A DNA stretch of 57,617 bases from Mizuhopecten yessoensis (Eukaryota), in contig NW_018404030.1 of the NCBI RefSeq assembly GCF_002113885.1, positions 408,699 to 466,315 on the forward strand, given 5' to 3'. Of this stretch, positions 25,339 to 38,540 are shown one piece after another. Both the position numbers and the translations under genes were made by a program. The notes under the pieces are model-generated. The model was not told the origin of the DNA. It did not search any database and was given only the letters and a program-made list of their open reading frames with translations. Within the stretch, counting starts at the first letter, position 1; every line of letters begins with the position of its first letter.

Positions 25339-25831
25339 GTAAGTAAGCTTCGTTAATTATTTACTAAATCATCGGTTAAGTGTAAAGTTTCTTTGCACCG
25401 GTGATCGTACTTATTGCAGTATATTATAATATGATATAGAGGAAAATGTCGTCGTTGCCACTACGGAATGTTGAATATTATCTGATTTTTTTACTGTTTA
25501 CTAAAGTATTGAATTCCATGAACTATTTCATCAATAGAGCAAAAATATGAGTTCTGTCAATAATTCTTGACAATATAACAAATAAAATAAAAATGCATGA
25601 TACAAGTTACATATGATTATAGTTCATCAAAAATTGTCTCAATATCTTATTATATCATTTGTTATTTATATCACGATTCCTTATGCAATGATATATAAAC
25701 AACTCGTTTACATATGCTTTGTTACAGTAATTAATCGTGTATTATCTGATTTTATTTCGTTTTATTCAAGACGTATCCCATCGACCACAGAATTAAACAG
25801 CTAAACGAGAACAAAGAAAAGACCAGCCACC

Positions 25832-28800
25832 ATGACGAATAGAACCATACAATCCCTTATACTGCTGTCACTTGTTTACACCACAACAGGTAAGTTAAAG
25901 ATAAATCAGCTTTTTATTTCATGTTTGATGAAACATTACAAAAAGCGTAGTATTTTATGGGCTATATACATCATTTGAGGTTGTTTTTACAAATTATGAC
26001 GTCACATATGTTGAAAGCTCCGTAGATCATAATGTTCAGTGAGATTCACATACAGTCGTACATGGACAGTTTTTTTAATTGTGCTAATGACTTGGTTAAC
26101 GTCACACAATGAATTATGTGATATGAATAATGAGTAGGTCAGATAACTTATATATTATATATATAATACAATCCATTCAGTCTACAGATACTCATACTAT
26201 ATACAGTTCTATATGCTGATACAGAAATGCAGATTAAACAATCATCGTAGACTTTTTAAGTGTTATATTTATTACAAATTGTTATTTATTACAAATTGTA
26301 CCGTATAACCTTTCTACCTTGTAAACGGTAAACATACAAATGCATAAATAAATATATTCACTTTAATTTACTCAATAACTAATTTACAATAAACAGTACT
26401 TTACTAAATTTTGAAAGTCATAAAATTAAGGGATTTATGCATCTCTTTTTCTGTTTCTTTTTGGCTCAATGTATCACCGATGAGTTTTAGACGAAACAGA
26501 TGTGTGGTGCATTGTAACGCCTTTCAGGCATACTGTATGATCTATTACTGAAGTTTAAAAGGTGCGAGCACGTGTTACGTTCATCTTTCGTTCTTATTCA
26601 GTTAACTATTTGTTAATATTTTAAATAGTTTCACTCTTATAGAAAACTAAGGAAAGACTGTAATTGAAATCATAGATTTTATGTTTCATAAAATAACACA
26701 AAAATAAGGGAAGTTTATCGGTCACAACTCCAATAATCCAGGTGGAGTACAAAATAGTCTGGGGTGGATGTTGCGGTATCTGTGCTGTAGCATTCAAGTG
26801 AGGGGGCACTATAAATGATACCGTTGGAAGCACGGTCCCACTACAAACAGAACACAATACCTATCCAGCACACACGCAGGCATCATACATAGGGAGATAT
26901 TATCCAGGTGGCATAGGACTAGTAATTAGCGCCTGATAAGCAGCTCCTGCGAATTCCTCAAAATTGTATCGATTAATCTATATGCTAATTGTATTGATTT
27001 TATAAATTGTACTGTAAAGCGCTTTAGGGTGGCTTATTCTAGCTAGATATGGTGCTATATCAAATGTTGTATATTTATATATTAATTTTATCGATAAAAA
27101 GTTGGAAATGTAATGTACCGTTTATCTTCAACACAAGAACAGTTTAAACTCAATGTCAAGATAAAAACAGGAACGGACGATACAAAAAGTGAAAGGTACA
27201 GTGAACCTCTATAAAACGAGGCAGTACCCAGGTTCTCTGACAGAAAAGCGTTTCCTTTGAATGAAATGATGGTATCAAAATAACTGATATTATGTATGAT
27301 ATCTATATTTCTACAAACGTACAGGTATGTTATTCGAAAGATATATCAATACTATACCATGTATAGTATGTATGTATAGTACCTATGTATGTCTATTTCA
27401 GCAATGTTTCTGAGACTAGCCGGAGGCAATGCGCACGAGGGGAGGGTGGAGGTGTCTCAGGATGGAGTCACGTGGGGTACCGTATGCAATGATGGTTGGT
27501 CGGATTACAACGCCCACGTGGTCTGCCGTGAGATTGGGTATAAGTGGGGAGCGGTAAATTCCATATTAAATTTTCAGATAACATGATTATTTCTAAATGA
27601 TATTTCCGTATCACAGTTATATGCGTTGTTGACGTTTATTTGAATGTTTGTTTGTTCATATATCAGTATTCAAAATACATTTCATTTTTCATAATAGGTT
27701 CTACCAAAATATGTTTACTTTTTAAATAGCATTGTCTTAAATATTTTTTATTTTCTACTTATTTTTTCACTGAAACCGAGATATGTAGCTATAGCTCAAC
27801 ATAAGCAAGGTTGAACACAATAGGTTTCCTCCTTTTAATTAATATTTTATTTTTATTTTAGAGGAGAAATTACTAGGCGCATATGATACAAGAGATTAAA
27901 TAACAAACATTTTTCTTTGAAGGCAAAAAGGGCGCGGTACCTCTACGGTATCGGTAAAGGTCCGATTTTTCTAGATGACGTCAAATGTAATGGACAGGAA
28001 AGTAATCTGGCTTCCTGTCCGCATGCGAAATGGGGCGTAAACAACTGTGTGCACACCGAAGACGCGGCAGTCACGTGCCATAACGACATAGGTAAAATCC
28101 AATGTTGACGTTTAATACAAAAACATAACCTTAATATATTGTAACTTTTGTACATGAACTAGTGTGGTTTATTTCTTGTTGACAATCTAAAGTTTCTGCA
28201 TCATATTATTGAAACATATCAGCAGTGTAGCATCTTAGTAAAAGTTGATGCCAACGGTGTTTCCATTTAGCAGGAAGAGTTAATATAGGTTCACATTCCC
28301 ACAGTATTCACGTATGTATGCAGCTAGATCTGTTTGACTGCTTGAAACGTATTAATAACGATTTTTCTGGTTTAAAGAAAAAAATACAGTTACTCAGCTT
28401 TTAAACATTAGCGCCTATGACTAATTATATATATACATTTATCAGGATAATCCAAGTCCTGAAAACGAATTTAGCAAGGTGTTCTTTGATTATTGCATAC
28501 GTATATGACAAAAGCAATTGTATTTATTCCTCGAGAATCAATTAAAGCCAGCGCTTTCCTTTCGACAAAGAGTGAACGCGTTAATTATAATAGGGCAAGC
28601 GCGTTACTAAATTGAACGCGCATCGTTTTCAAACGACATTGATTTCGCCGGGCTTTTTTTAGCATCATTTCACAATCATTGCACAATAACTTATTCCTAT
28701 TTCATTTCTATTAATTTTTCTGCGCATAATATTTCTTTCCTAATGGCCATTTTATGCGTATTTCACAAGTGAAAATGAAATACGTGATTTCACCTGATAT

Positions 28801-31800
28801 CTTGTGTTACAGTCCGACTGGAGAATGGAGGACCTAACCACGGTATCGTGTACGTCCTAGATGACAACAAGACCTGGGGAGTCCAGTGTGGAGACGGATT
28901 CGACAGGAACGCCGCTGTCGTCGTATGTCGCGAGCTTGGGTACCAGCACGGCCGTGATATGTCAATAGGCACTTACGGCAAAGTTGATGACGTTCACACC
29001 AAGTATATTCAAGGAGACATTTTGTGCTCGGGTTCAGAGCTCTCCATCAGACAGTGCACGTCCTCTAACACGTGTAACCAGTTTCCGTACAACTATGGAG
29101 CGGTCGTCTGCTCTAATATGCCAATACTAGGAGGTAGGTATTGGAAATCCATACAGAATTTCGTTGCATCACATTAATCCAGAAGGAATTAATGTCAATG
29201 TGCTCTTGAACAAATTTTCCCTTTATTACAAATTGGTGCGAATGACCCATACAAAACATGCATTAGTGACTTGCATGTATACAGTAGAGAATTGGTGACA
29301 CGTTCACCTATACAAGGCGGCATTAGAACAAGTTATATTCTTATGAAACAAAAGCGAAACAAAGGTTTTGATGAGAAAGAGAAGTTTTATGTGATTTATG
29401 GTTGCAGGGATACCAATAAGGGATGCATCAACAATATTAAGAATATAAATCGCAATAATACGAAAGAACTGTACTGTACTACATCAGAACACAGAAACAA
29501 ATACTGTAGTAAACGAAATGACACTGCGATATTCCCATATGAAAATATTTTACGATGTATTCCAAAACTATCGGCACTCCAAAAACTGAAACTATACAAC
29601 GTTTATATCTAATTTTGTAATGCTTCATTAAACTATATGTGGAATCAAATGATTGCATCAAACACAACAAGAAAGTACTGAGGTATAAGCAAATAGCAGA
29701 ATTAGGACCAAGCAATCAACTACGAAGCGGTCATTCATTTTGAATAGGAGTCCGGGTAGAGAAAATCTGTCTAATTACAAATACGGGGACTGTTGTTCAC
29801 TTGAGATGGCGGCAATTCAGTATACAATCTGGAAATAAAGAACAAGAGAATATTGACGTGTCAATAACACTGCTTTGAAACTAAAATTATTAAGATCCTG
29901 TGTTCCGAAGGGTAAGCGCATTCAGCTTCATCAACGACTCTGTAACAAAAAGATATTGGTTACTATTTGTTTCAAACCATATATATATATANTTTATATA
30001 ATATAAAAAATCGTTTTTTATATATATGAATCCAACGCTTCATGTGACTAGTTATAACAAATATACATAAACAATGTTTTCGATCAATTTCCTTTCGCCA
30101 GGTAATGACGTGAGACTGCTAGGGGGCCAAAACTCGGGTTTGGTGATGACCAACACAGCGGGGATCTGGGGAAGTGTATGTGGCTCCACCTGGGATGATG
30201 AGGACGCTGGTGTCGTGTGCAGACAACTGGGATATGCAGGTAAGAAAGGTGTCCTGTTTAATGATCGAAAGTTAACTGTAATCAAAAACATTTGAAAATG
30301 ACTAAAATACAACGCAATGGATATCAAATCAATAAAGATATTATATTTATATTGATAAATTTACAATCAAATGAATCATTGTTATGTCACAAACGATTTA
30401 TTTGTGAAGTAATTTTTAAGTGAAGCATTACAAAGATATAATTTGCAATTAACTAGTAAAGTACAAATGGTATTAATTACTATCTTTATTTTCAACATTA
30501 TTAGTATTAGCATATTTGTTTCTGAAGAGTAATCGCAATTCATCCTATAAAGATTATAGAAGGTGTCAGGTCCAAATGTCCGAACTACCTGAACATGTTG
30601 ATAGAATGCATTTTTTATTAATGCGAGATAGAAATATTCTGAATTGTATCTATATGCAATCTTCAGGTGGAGTGCCGTATGCATTTCCCAGTAATTCTTC
30701 CATGGGACCTTATGTACTGGGATCAGTGAACTGTTTGGGGACGGAAAGGCGACTAAGTGATTGTAACCGACAGGAAAAGGGTTGTGTTTACAACGACAAG
30801 AACATCAAGGTCGCTGGGGTTCTTTGCCACCAACGAAAAGGTAAGTAGTGTATCATGATATATGTAAAACATATGTAAGATCAAGACTTCGTCCCATCTC
30901 CTACAAGGATATAAAACGAGTCCGGATTTTTGTGTTTTTCATTTTGAAAATATAAAAGCTGAGAAAAGAATTATTCGAAACTATTTTAAAATTGTAATAT
31001 AAAGTGAAAATGTAATACCGAGATAATGTAAAGCACAGCTAGAAGAATGTATACAAAACAAATTCAGACCATCAAACGTCATCACGTTGTCTTTTTGTGA
31101 CCTCACAGTGCAATTTTGAAGGTTATGACGTCACAGTATTGGTCTTCATACATGAGATAGAATTTTGAAAATATGGCATAGAAGTATGCACTGCACAACA
31201 TGACAGTTGCGTTATAAAAACAAATACAATTTTTCACATCTTTATTTTTCTAATAATGAGTGTGAAGGACAAACATTTATAGATGCTATACGGTTTGGTG
31301 TTCAATTGCTTTATTACACGACACGTCAAAATGCTTAACTACAAAACATTTGGACTAGTAGTCAGTAAAAGGTAGGACACAATCTATATTACCAGCCCCA
31401 GTACTTCGACTTATTGAGGACAGACCACGTGTCGGTCGGCTAGAGATAGAGATGGACGGCCAGAAAGGAGGCATATGTGACACAGAGTGGGACGTTATAG
31501 ACGCTAGGGTTGCCTGTCAACAGCTGGGGTACGCGGACGGGGATAACATACGGTAATTATGGTTTTTATTTTTTAAAACAAATGTTTCCTTATCATACCA
31601 CAAAAGAAAATTCCTTTTCAATTCAATAAACATCATATTAAATATAACGTACGAAATATATGAATCAAGTTTCTCTCTCTCAATTAAAATTTATATCACA
31701 GATATTTGATTTAATATATATAAAATATATAATTACTAATATGATTGGCATGCAATCTTCAAAAGTAAACATTATCGTCCGTTGCTGGGTTTTTTTAATT

Positions 31801-34139
31801 TTGATAATGAAAATTTACAATTTCCTTTGATAACATGCCACATTTTTGTGTACAATTGAACTAAACATACTTATGATTAATTAAACGTTTTCCATTGAAA
31901 TAAACATAATGATATTTTTTTGCTCGCAGCATTTCATCAATACATGAAATAAACATAGTTATGAATATTTTACTCAAAGCAGTTTCAACAATGCAATTGA
32001 AATAAACATAATTATGATTATTTTAATCAAAACAGTTCAACTTGATCTGGTTTGTATATAAATATTTCGATAACTGTCTCCATTCCAGAGGATTGGAAGC
32101 CCCCTACAATACTACGTTCATGTCAAACGTACAATGTGCTAAAGGAGAGAGAAGTATTTTCGAATGTAAAAACGATGGCTGGTCCAACAACCGAAATAGT
32201 GCATCTTGTTCTGGTCCAAACAACTTTGCTGGAGTAGAATGCTATGAACATGGTATGAAAAGTTAAGAGTAGTGTAATAGGATAGACTCGTACCCTTCCA
32301 GGACATCCGATTTCTGCTCCGTGGGAGTTTGTGGGAACTCACAATGTCTTCCCTTCTGTTTCGTTTTCTTCTCGGTTCCTGCAGCTTTGCTTTTGTATCG
32401 CGTTTCTATTTTCTCTTTGAATGTTAATTCAGTGGTAAATGATAATTGTGTTTTATGTTCTTTGCGTTAACCTAACTATATCCTAGAAGGTTGGAGGAAT
32501 AATTAGGTCTTCTGTATCTCCCAACCAATACGTCAGAGACGCCTGATGCTAATAAATAAAATAAATTGATAAATGTCGACCACGGTCATTATCACTGTTT
32601 TTGCAGACACATCCAAATCTCTCCCAAAAGTTTTAATACGTTAAGTGCTAGAGTTGATGAATAGAGACGGTCTTAGAAACAGGTTCTAAATGAAAGATTT
32701 AGTACATTGTTCTCATGGCTTCTTCATTACATCACCCACAGTAATTGATCATAGTGAAACTCAAGCCTTAACGTAAGTTAGACAGTAATTATACTATTCA
32801 ATTAATGAACTTGCTCCCTCAGCATTCCTTGCCTCGACACAAAGCAGCGCCATGGGAACGACCGGAAATGTCTTGGTCTTTCACAATAAACGATGGTACC
32901 ATGTTTGTGATCAGGATTTCGGGCCCTATGATGCCGAGATGGTTTGTAAAGAACTAGGATTCCCTGTAGGTGTTCCACTTATCAGCGAACCAATAAGAGT
33001 TGACAACAAGTTCAAAATATTCTTTCTTCAAATGAACTGTCCGGCAAATGGCACAAGTCTGAGAAACTGCCAGTTTAACGAGACAGCCAGCTGTAGATCT
33101 AGAACAGCTCCGTTCTATCCGGCCGCTTACGCCTCGGTCCTTTGTCTCCAGGGTAACGCAAATCCAGGTACGCCTTATAGGAACGTTGTTAGATGTTTGT
33201 GTGTGCAAGCGCGCCAAACTTTTATTTGGTCGGATAAATGACGTTTTAACAGGTAGATGTCTAGACATACCTATAGCAAACGTCTAAATCTGGCGTTGGG
33301 GACAAAGTCTGGTGTCACGGCCAGGAGTAACTCATTAAACTAATATAACTATCGTAAATATTGTGCTCAACAGATTTGAATTAATTGGCCAAGTTTGAAG
33401 GGTTTTTCCTTTTTTTTTAATTTTTAAAACCAAACAACAAAGTAAATAAATATAACAAAGAAACTATTTACATCCACATTCCGTAAACATGTATGAGAGA
33501 AATGAAATTACTCCAAAATGGAAAAAGAACAGCGAAAGTCTTCTTCGCGATGTTAACTTTTGATCCCAATCTTAATAACGATGAAACCTTCAATGCCAGC
33601 TTCGCAGAAGACTATTTATTTACTTTGTGTATGTGTAACTTTCGGGTGTATTTAATTGCTAATTTGATAATAATAAGTACTATCTATCAAAACGGATTTC
33701 AGAAATATCTTGTAAACATGATACAGAGTAGACTCTACAGGTGCATTTTGTGCTACGAATCTATATGAAGCTAATTAAAAGTAAGGACACTAAGTTGACA
33801 ATAACTTTTCATTTAGATATCCGTGTACACCCTCCCACCACATTTCCGTCCAGTCTGGTTATACAGATGTACGGTATGAATGGGACAGTGTGTGCCAGGG
33901 GCTGGGACTATAAGGACGCTCGAGTGTACTGTCGCCAGTACGGCTACCGTATGGGGTTCACGATACCCACTTCAACCGTACAAGGAGCAAACCTGAATAA
34001 CCCCGTAGTGTGGATGTCAGACATTGGATGTACCGGATGGGAGTCAGACTTCCGGATGTGCATTCGTAATTCCGTTCTGGACAAGACGAAGACCACTGGC
34101 GCTTGCGCTGGTGGTATGGCTTCCGTCTATTGTATTTGA
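25832..34139 (+). CDS. Secreted scavenger-receptor cysteine-rich protein, 6 group-A SRCR domains (DMBT1-like), 10 coding exons, 666 aa
   Basis: Exons 25832-25889, 27402-27553, 27923-28091, 28813-29133, 30102-30239, 30667-30840, 31396-31552, 32089-32252, 32823-33167 and 33817-34139 total 2001 nt, open and phase-compatible. There is a signal peptide, the SRCR motifs LRLAGG..EGRVEV..WGTVC...VVCREIG...[13 protein letters not shown], no TM segment, and AATAAA just after the stop. Confidence 0.94.
26740..27085 (+). mobile_element. SINE-like repeat, 5'-truncated copy of the 4065-4452 family
   Basis: Reverse-complement similarity over ~330 bp. Confidence 0.78.
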
Positions 34140-35591
34140 ATAGTTTTAATTATCAAATAAATAGTGTCATGCCAATATTTGTTTTCTATTTTTACATGAC
34201 AACAACCATACGGTGAATAGTCACAACGTAGCAGATTCCAATGACCCATTACAATGCCAAGTATATGAGCTATGTTTGATATTCTGTCTTTCCATGGGTG
34301 TCACACGTTGTCAAAATAAGGTGTGAGGATGCAGTGTTCTGATGATGCGAAGCTTATCACAAATCGAACGAACAGAAAATTTGGTCGACAAAATATGCCT
34401 ATTAAAAGTTTTGGTGGAGGTATATACAATATCGGTACAACAAAAGAAAATATATGCTATTTTAAGCTGCTCATTTCTTTTATTCTACAGAAGATTCATT
34501 TATGCAATGATTATCAAGGACTGGGTAATATATAAAACAGCTTTCAAAATCCTTCATTTTGACAGTCAGGTATACATCACCATGACGTCTCTGCTTTTGG
34601 TTCGTTCTTTTCAAAAGAATTGTCTTTTAGACTGACATATGATTGTGCCCCTGTGTAGTTGCACGGTACAAATCGTGACTCAAGTTTGTAACAAAGCCAT
34701 TCGGATTGCTGTCTCGCCTGTGCCTCGCTTTGACCATCAATGCACATGTCAGGTTTGGTTGGTGTAGCACTTATAGTTTCAGAGAAACTAACTAAAACGC
34801 AAAAACTTAATGTTGATGGAAATTCTGACAAAGTCAAAGGTAGGCCGCATCCAGCATTTGATGCATGGGCTGAGATGTACTACCTGAAACGATATATGGT
34901 CCAAGTTTGGTTGGTGTAGCACTTATACTTTGAGTGAAACTAACTTAAACGCAAACACGTAACGTTAACACCGCCGCCGTTGCCGGAAAAGCAACACTTA
35001 TAGTTTCCGCTACTTCGTGGCGGCGAGATAAAAACCATCAATCAATCAATTACAGCATTCTCATGAAATCCGTCCTCATATGAGCGTGGCTGTTGTGAGG
35101 ACGTTAAACTCCAAACAAACAAACACGTCCATAATGTTTTAATCACGCTGAGCATCAATCTTGAGCGGGGATATTGGCAGAAAGGTAGAAAGTAAATCCA
35201 AGGCAAATAACATAAAAATATGTAACTATTTCAAAAAGATTAATACATCATTCAGAAACCATCAGATCGAAGCAATCTCATTCAATATGCACAAATTTGG
35301 CTGCATACAAAACTCTTAAGATGGACTTTTACAGAAAGTACATTGATACAATTTCTTAAAAGATCAGAATTTTTAGAGTGATCAGAGTGAGCTGACCAGA
35401 TTCATGTGGATTTTCGTCATTTCTGCTGCTGAAAGTATGTAACTTACACATACACTCTAAGCGATAAATAGTTTTAAATGTCCATGTGACGGTAAAAAAA
35501 TAAATAAAACAAAACACGAAGACAAGTATAATCGGCTAGCGCTTTCGCCCATCTTGGGGCTCTTTACTCTTATATATACATATCGGTCAAT

Positions 35592-38540
35592 CGGGTAACG
35601 GGTTGTTTCGCCCCAAATCCCGTTCGCCCCAGGTTGTTTCGCTGTAAAAAAATATTTTTTTCTTTAAGTCATAAATATCATGTTAAAAGTTAAAAAAACC
35701 TTATCTTTCTCTTAAATCAAGATATAATTACGTGCCGGAAGATGAAGAACGAACCTGTATATTCATCACCGAAGCCGACAACGGAAAAACTAATATCCGG
35801 AATATACTACACATTACAACCAGTAATGTTGTTCTTTATAAAATGCAGTTGTACATGTTTTAACGTTAAAAATGTTAAATAGTAATACTTATACAACTTC
35901 TAACATGATATAAACAATTAAAAAACACCCTGTCACGTCAGCCACTTTATATCAAACATATTTGGATAAAGTGTTTCCAGCTGGATTCACAAGGAGGTGT
36001 GACTAGGATTTGATGATGCAATATCACCCTTTGCCAAACTTTTTTTTTTTATGTTTGTTTGTATTTTTCTGCATTTTTTGTTTTCAAGTGGAAGATTATT
36101 AATTTTATTTTCGTTTGGATTTCTTGATCCATTTCCCTTTTTATATAAGCAACACATATTCATGTAAGACACAACACTAAGTAATAAAATTCTTACACAC
36201 TTATACAAAAACACTTAACCTAACAAACTTTTAGCACTACTTGCACAATACGTACACTACTCTGGTACCACTTACTCACTGACAAAAAACTAAAGCACTA
36301 AAATCACAAATTGTATCACAGTATAACGTTATGACTTAATTAACAAAAAACACTAATACACTACTTATACGAACCACAATTAAATGCAACATACAACAAC
36401 AAAAACACATTGTTCGAATTGGTCTCACAGAAAAAACACATCTCACTCGTCTCTAGCCTCATCCTCCTCTGTCCCGTCCAACCGGCACGTATACAACGCG
36501 GCACATCTCCGCAAGAACGCTGTTGTAGATAGCCCATCCGTCATTTGGCTGTCGGTGGCGGCGGTCAGTTGTTTCTCCATCCGGCTGTAAACGACACCGT
36601 TGTCCCTTGAGAAGTCCTCCGCAGCAACGCTGGTCTCAACAATGGTTGCCTTTCTAACCAGAAGTCCCGGGAACCAGTCTGTAAAAGAGTGACGTCCCAT
36701 GTCCCGCCTTAACTTTGAGGCGATGGTGCCAGCCTAAATGAAAACAAAGATGAAAATTAAATATACATTGCACTATATGGTTTTATCAAACATGTGCACG
36801 TCCTACAGCATTTTTATAACGTACCTTCAACGTCATTGTTGGTGCGGACACTCTGTCGGAAGACAGTCTAAGAAGCTGGGGTGAATACATCGTCGTCTAA
36901 CCACTGACGCTTGATGTACTCCACCAGTCGGACCAGTTCCGGGGTTGCTGCGCGGCGATGGAGGGCCAGGAATGTATCCCCGATGTGTAATGATGTCAAG
37001 AACGGGAGGGCAAGTAGATGGCGAATGTATTCGTGGGACTGCTGGCGTTGTCTATAGGTGGGGACGAGGCGAAGTTCCTGAACATGTCTCTAGACTGCCT
37101 GCGTCCAGTGAAAAAGGCAGCCCTTCACGGTCACGGCAGGAAAAACCTCCTGTATGGCCAACCAAGAAGCTGTAAATATAATAAAAATATTTAAGGATTC
37201 TCAAACAGGCATCTTAAAGTATAGACCAATGGTTAATATATATTTTTTAACTTTGCAAGAAGAAATTAAATATGTTGCCATGTATTATCCTATTATACTA
37301 ACCTCTCTCAAAGTCCAATACAAACTGATCCAGGACGTCAACACCGAGGTGGCGCCTGAGGACGCTCAACACCGAAGATAAAATAAGTGATAAGTAATGT
37401 ATGTGTGTGTCCTACGTAAATCATTTGATTATGTTATTCGACAGCATTGACCATTCAGTTATATTTCTTTGAGCATTAATCGTTTGTTACCAATATACGT
37501 TGATGTTTGCCAATAATACATACATCAACGTAGTCCCGCTTCCTCTTCCTCGACATCAGAACGAACAGCAATGGAAACTGCTTCCGTTGCCCGTCCTGCT
37601 GTACAAATGCGTGGATGGACATCAACTGCCCAGAGAGTCGGAAGGCTGCAAGTACGACCTATAAAACAATGTATATATAATTAGTTATTTTACAAAAGGC
37701 TGGAATAATTTACATTATATACCTGTATGCGCTGGGATGACCGGTAAAATCATGTACTATAGTTACTAGTTAGATAGTTTACCTTAAATGTTCCCTCCAT
37801 GTACCAGGTCTTAGTCTGGCGGAGCACGCTCATCTGAAAGGTGGTGGCAAATCGAAGATGTCGCTCAATGTCAATGCTGATGTCCTCGATGGGGAACTCC
37901 TCGGAGTGGAGGTAGCCCTGGTCAACCTACAATCAATATGTAATAATTAATTTGTGTATTTGTGTCAAAGTGAAATTTCAAATTTGTATATACTTATAAT
38001 ACTTATACTATTGCACGTCTTAATCACACTTATACAGTATATACTTACAACAAAGTCTAGGGATTTTGGCTCCTGTGGTCGGAACTTCGCTCTGTACCGG
38101 TTGGCGACCCTCTTCATCAGGTGCCTCTTGGGCGCCAGGAATCGGTCCTCTGGAGGGATGTGGTCGGCGATGCGCTCTTCCACAATGGACATCGCTCAAC
38201 GGAAGACGTTCGAGGTAGACTGTTGCTTCACCTGTTGAATGAAAACAAACAAAATAAGTAATGAATTACCTAAATAGAAACAATCAGACATGTGTATAGA
38301 GTGCTTATATAGATCTTGTAGATCGGTACTTCATCTCATTAAAAAATCTAATTTTCTCTGGCATTTACCTTCACACTCATCTTGGCTCTGTGGTCCAGCT
38401 TCAAGTCTCCTGCATGAACGTGAGGCTGCTCTCCTCGAGTGAAGGCGTCCCAAACCTGATGCACGGTGGCATGACAGCGCGATCTTGGACCGGATGCTGC
38501 AACTCCACTTTGTCGATCGCTTCCCTGCATACTGGAAGGA
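35592..38540 (-). mobile_element. Mutator-like (MULE) transposon relic with an intron-containing, disabled transposase
   Basis: Minus-strand exon-like blocks from ~38530 to 36443 encode a FLYWCH-like segment (KWSCSIRSK/RCHATV..PHVH), TWYMEGTFK, FPLLFVLMSRK, VLDFE, KGCLFHWTQA and RTNNDVE|GWHHRL, with stops and frameshifts. A terminus with TTCGCCCC subterminal repeats lies at 35592; the other end was not found. Confidence 0.88.

Noticed and set aside
20468-25832. Bidirectional promoter shared by XPA and the SRCR gene
   Set aside because: The starts are ~5 kb apart and separated by repeats; nothing supports shared control.
35533-35566. Second hammerhead-like motif on the minus strand (AAGAG-CCC-loop-GGG-CGAAA)
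   Set aside because: The CUGA core is missing and no stem I could be formed.
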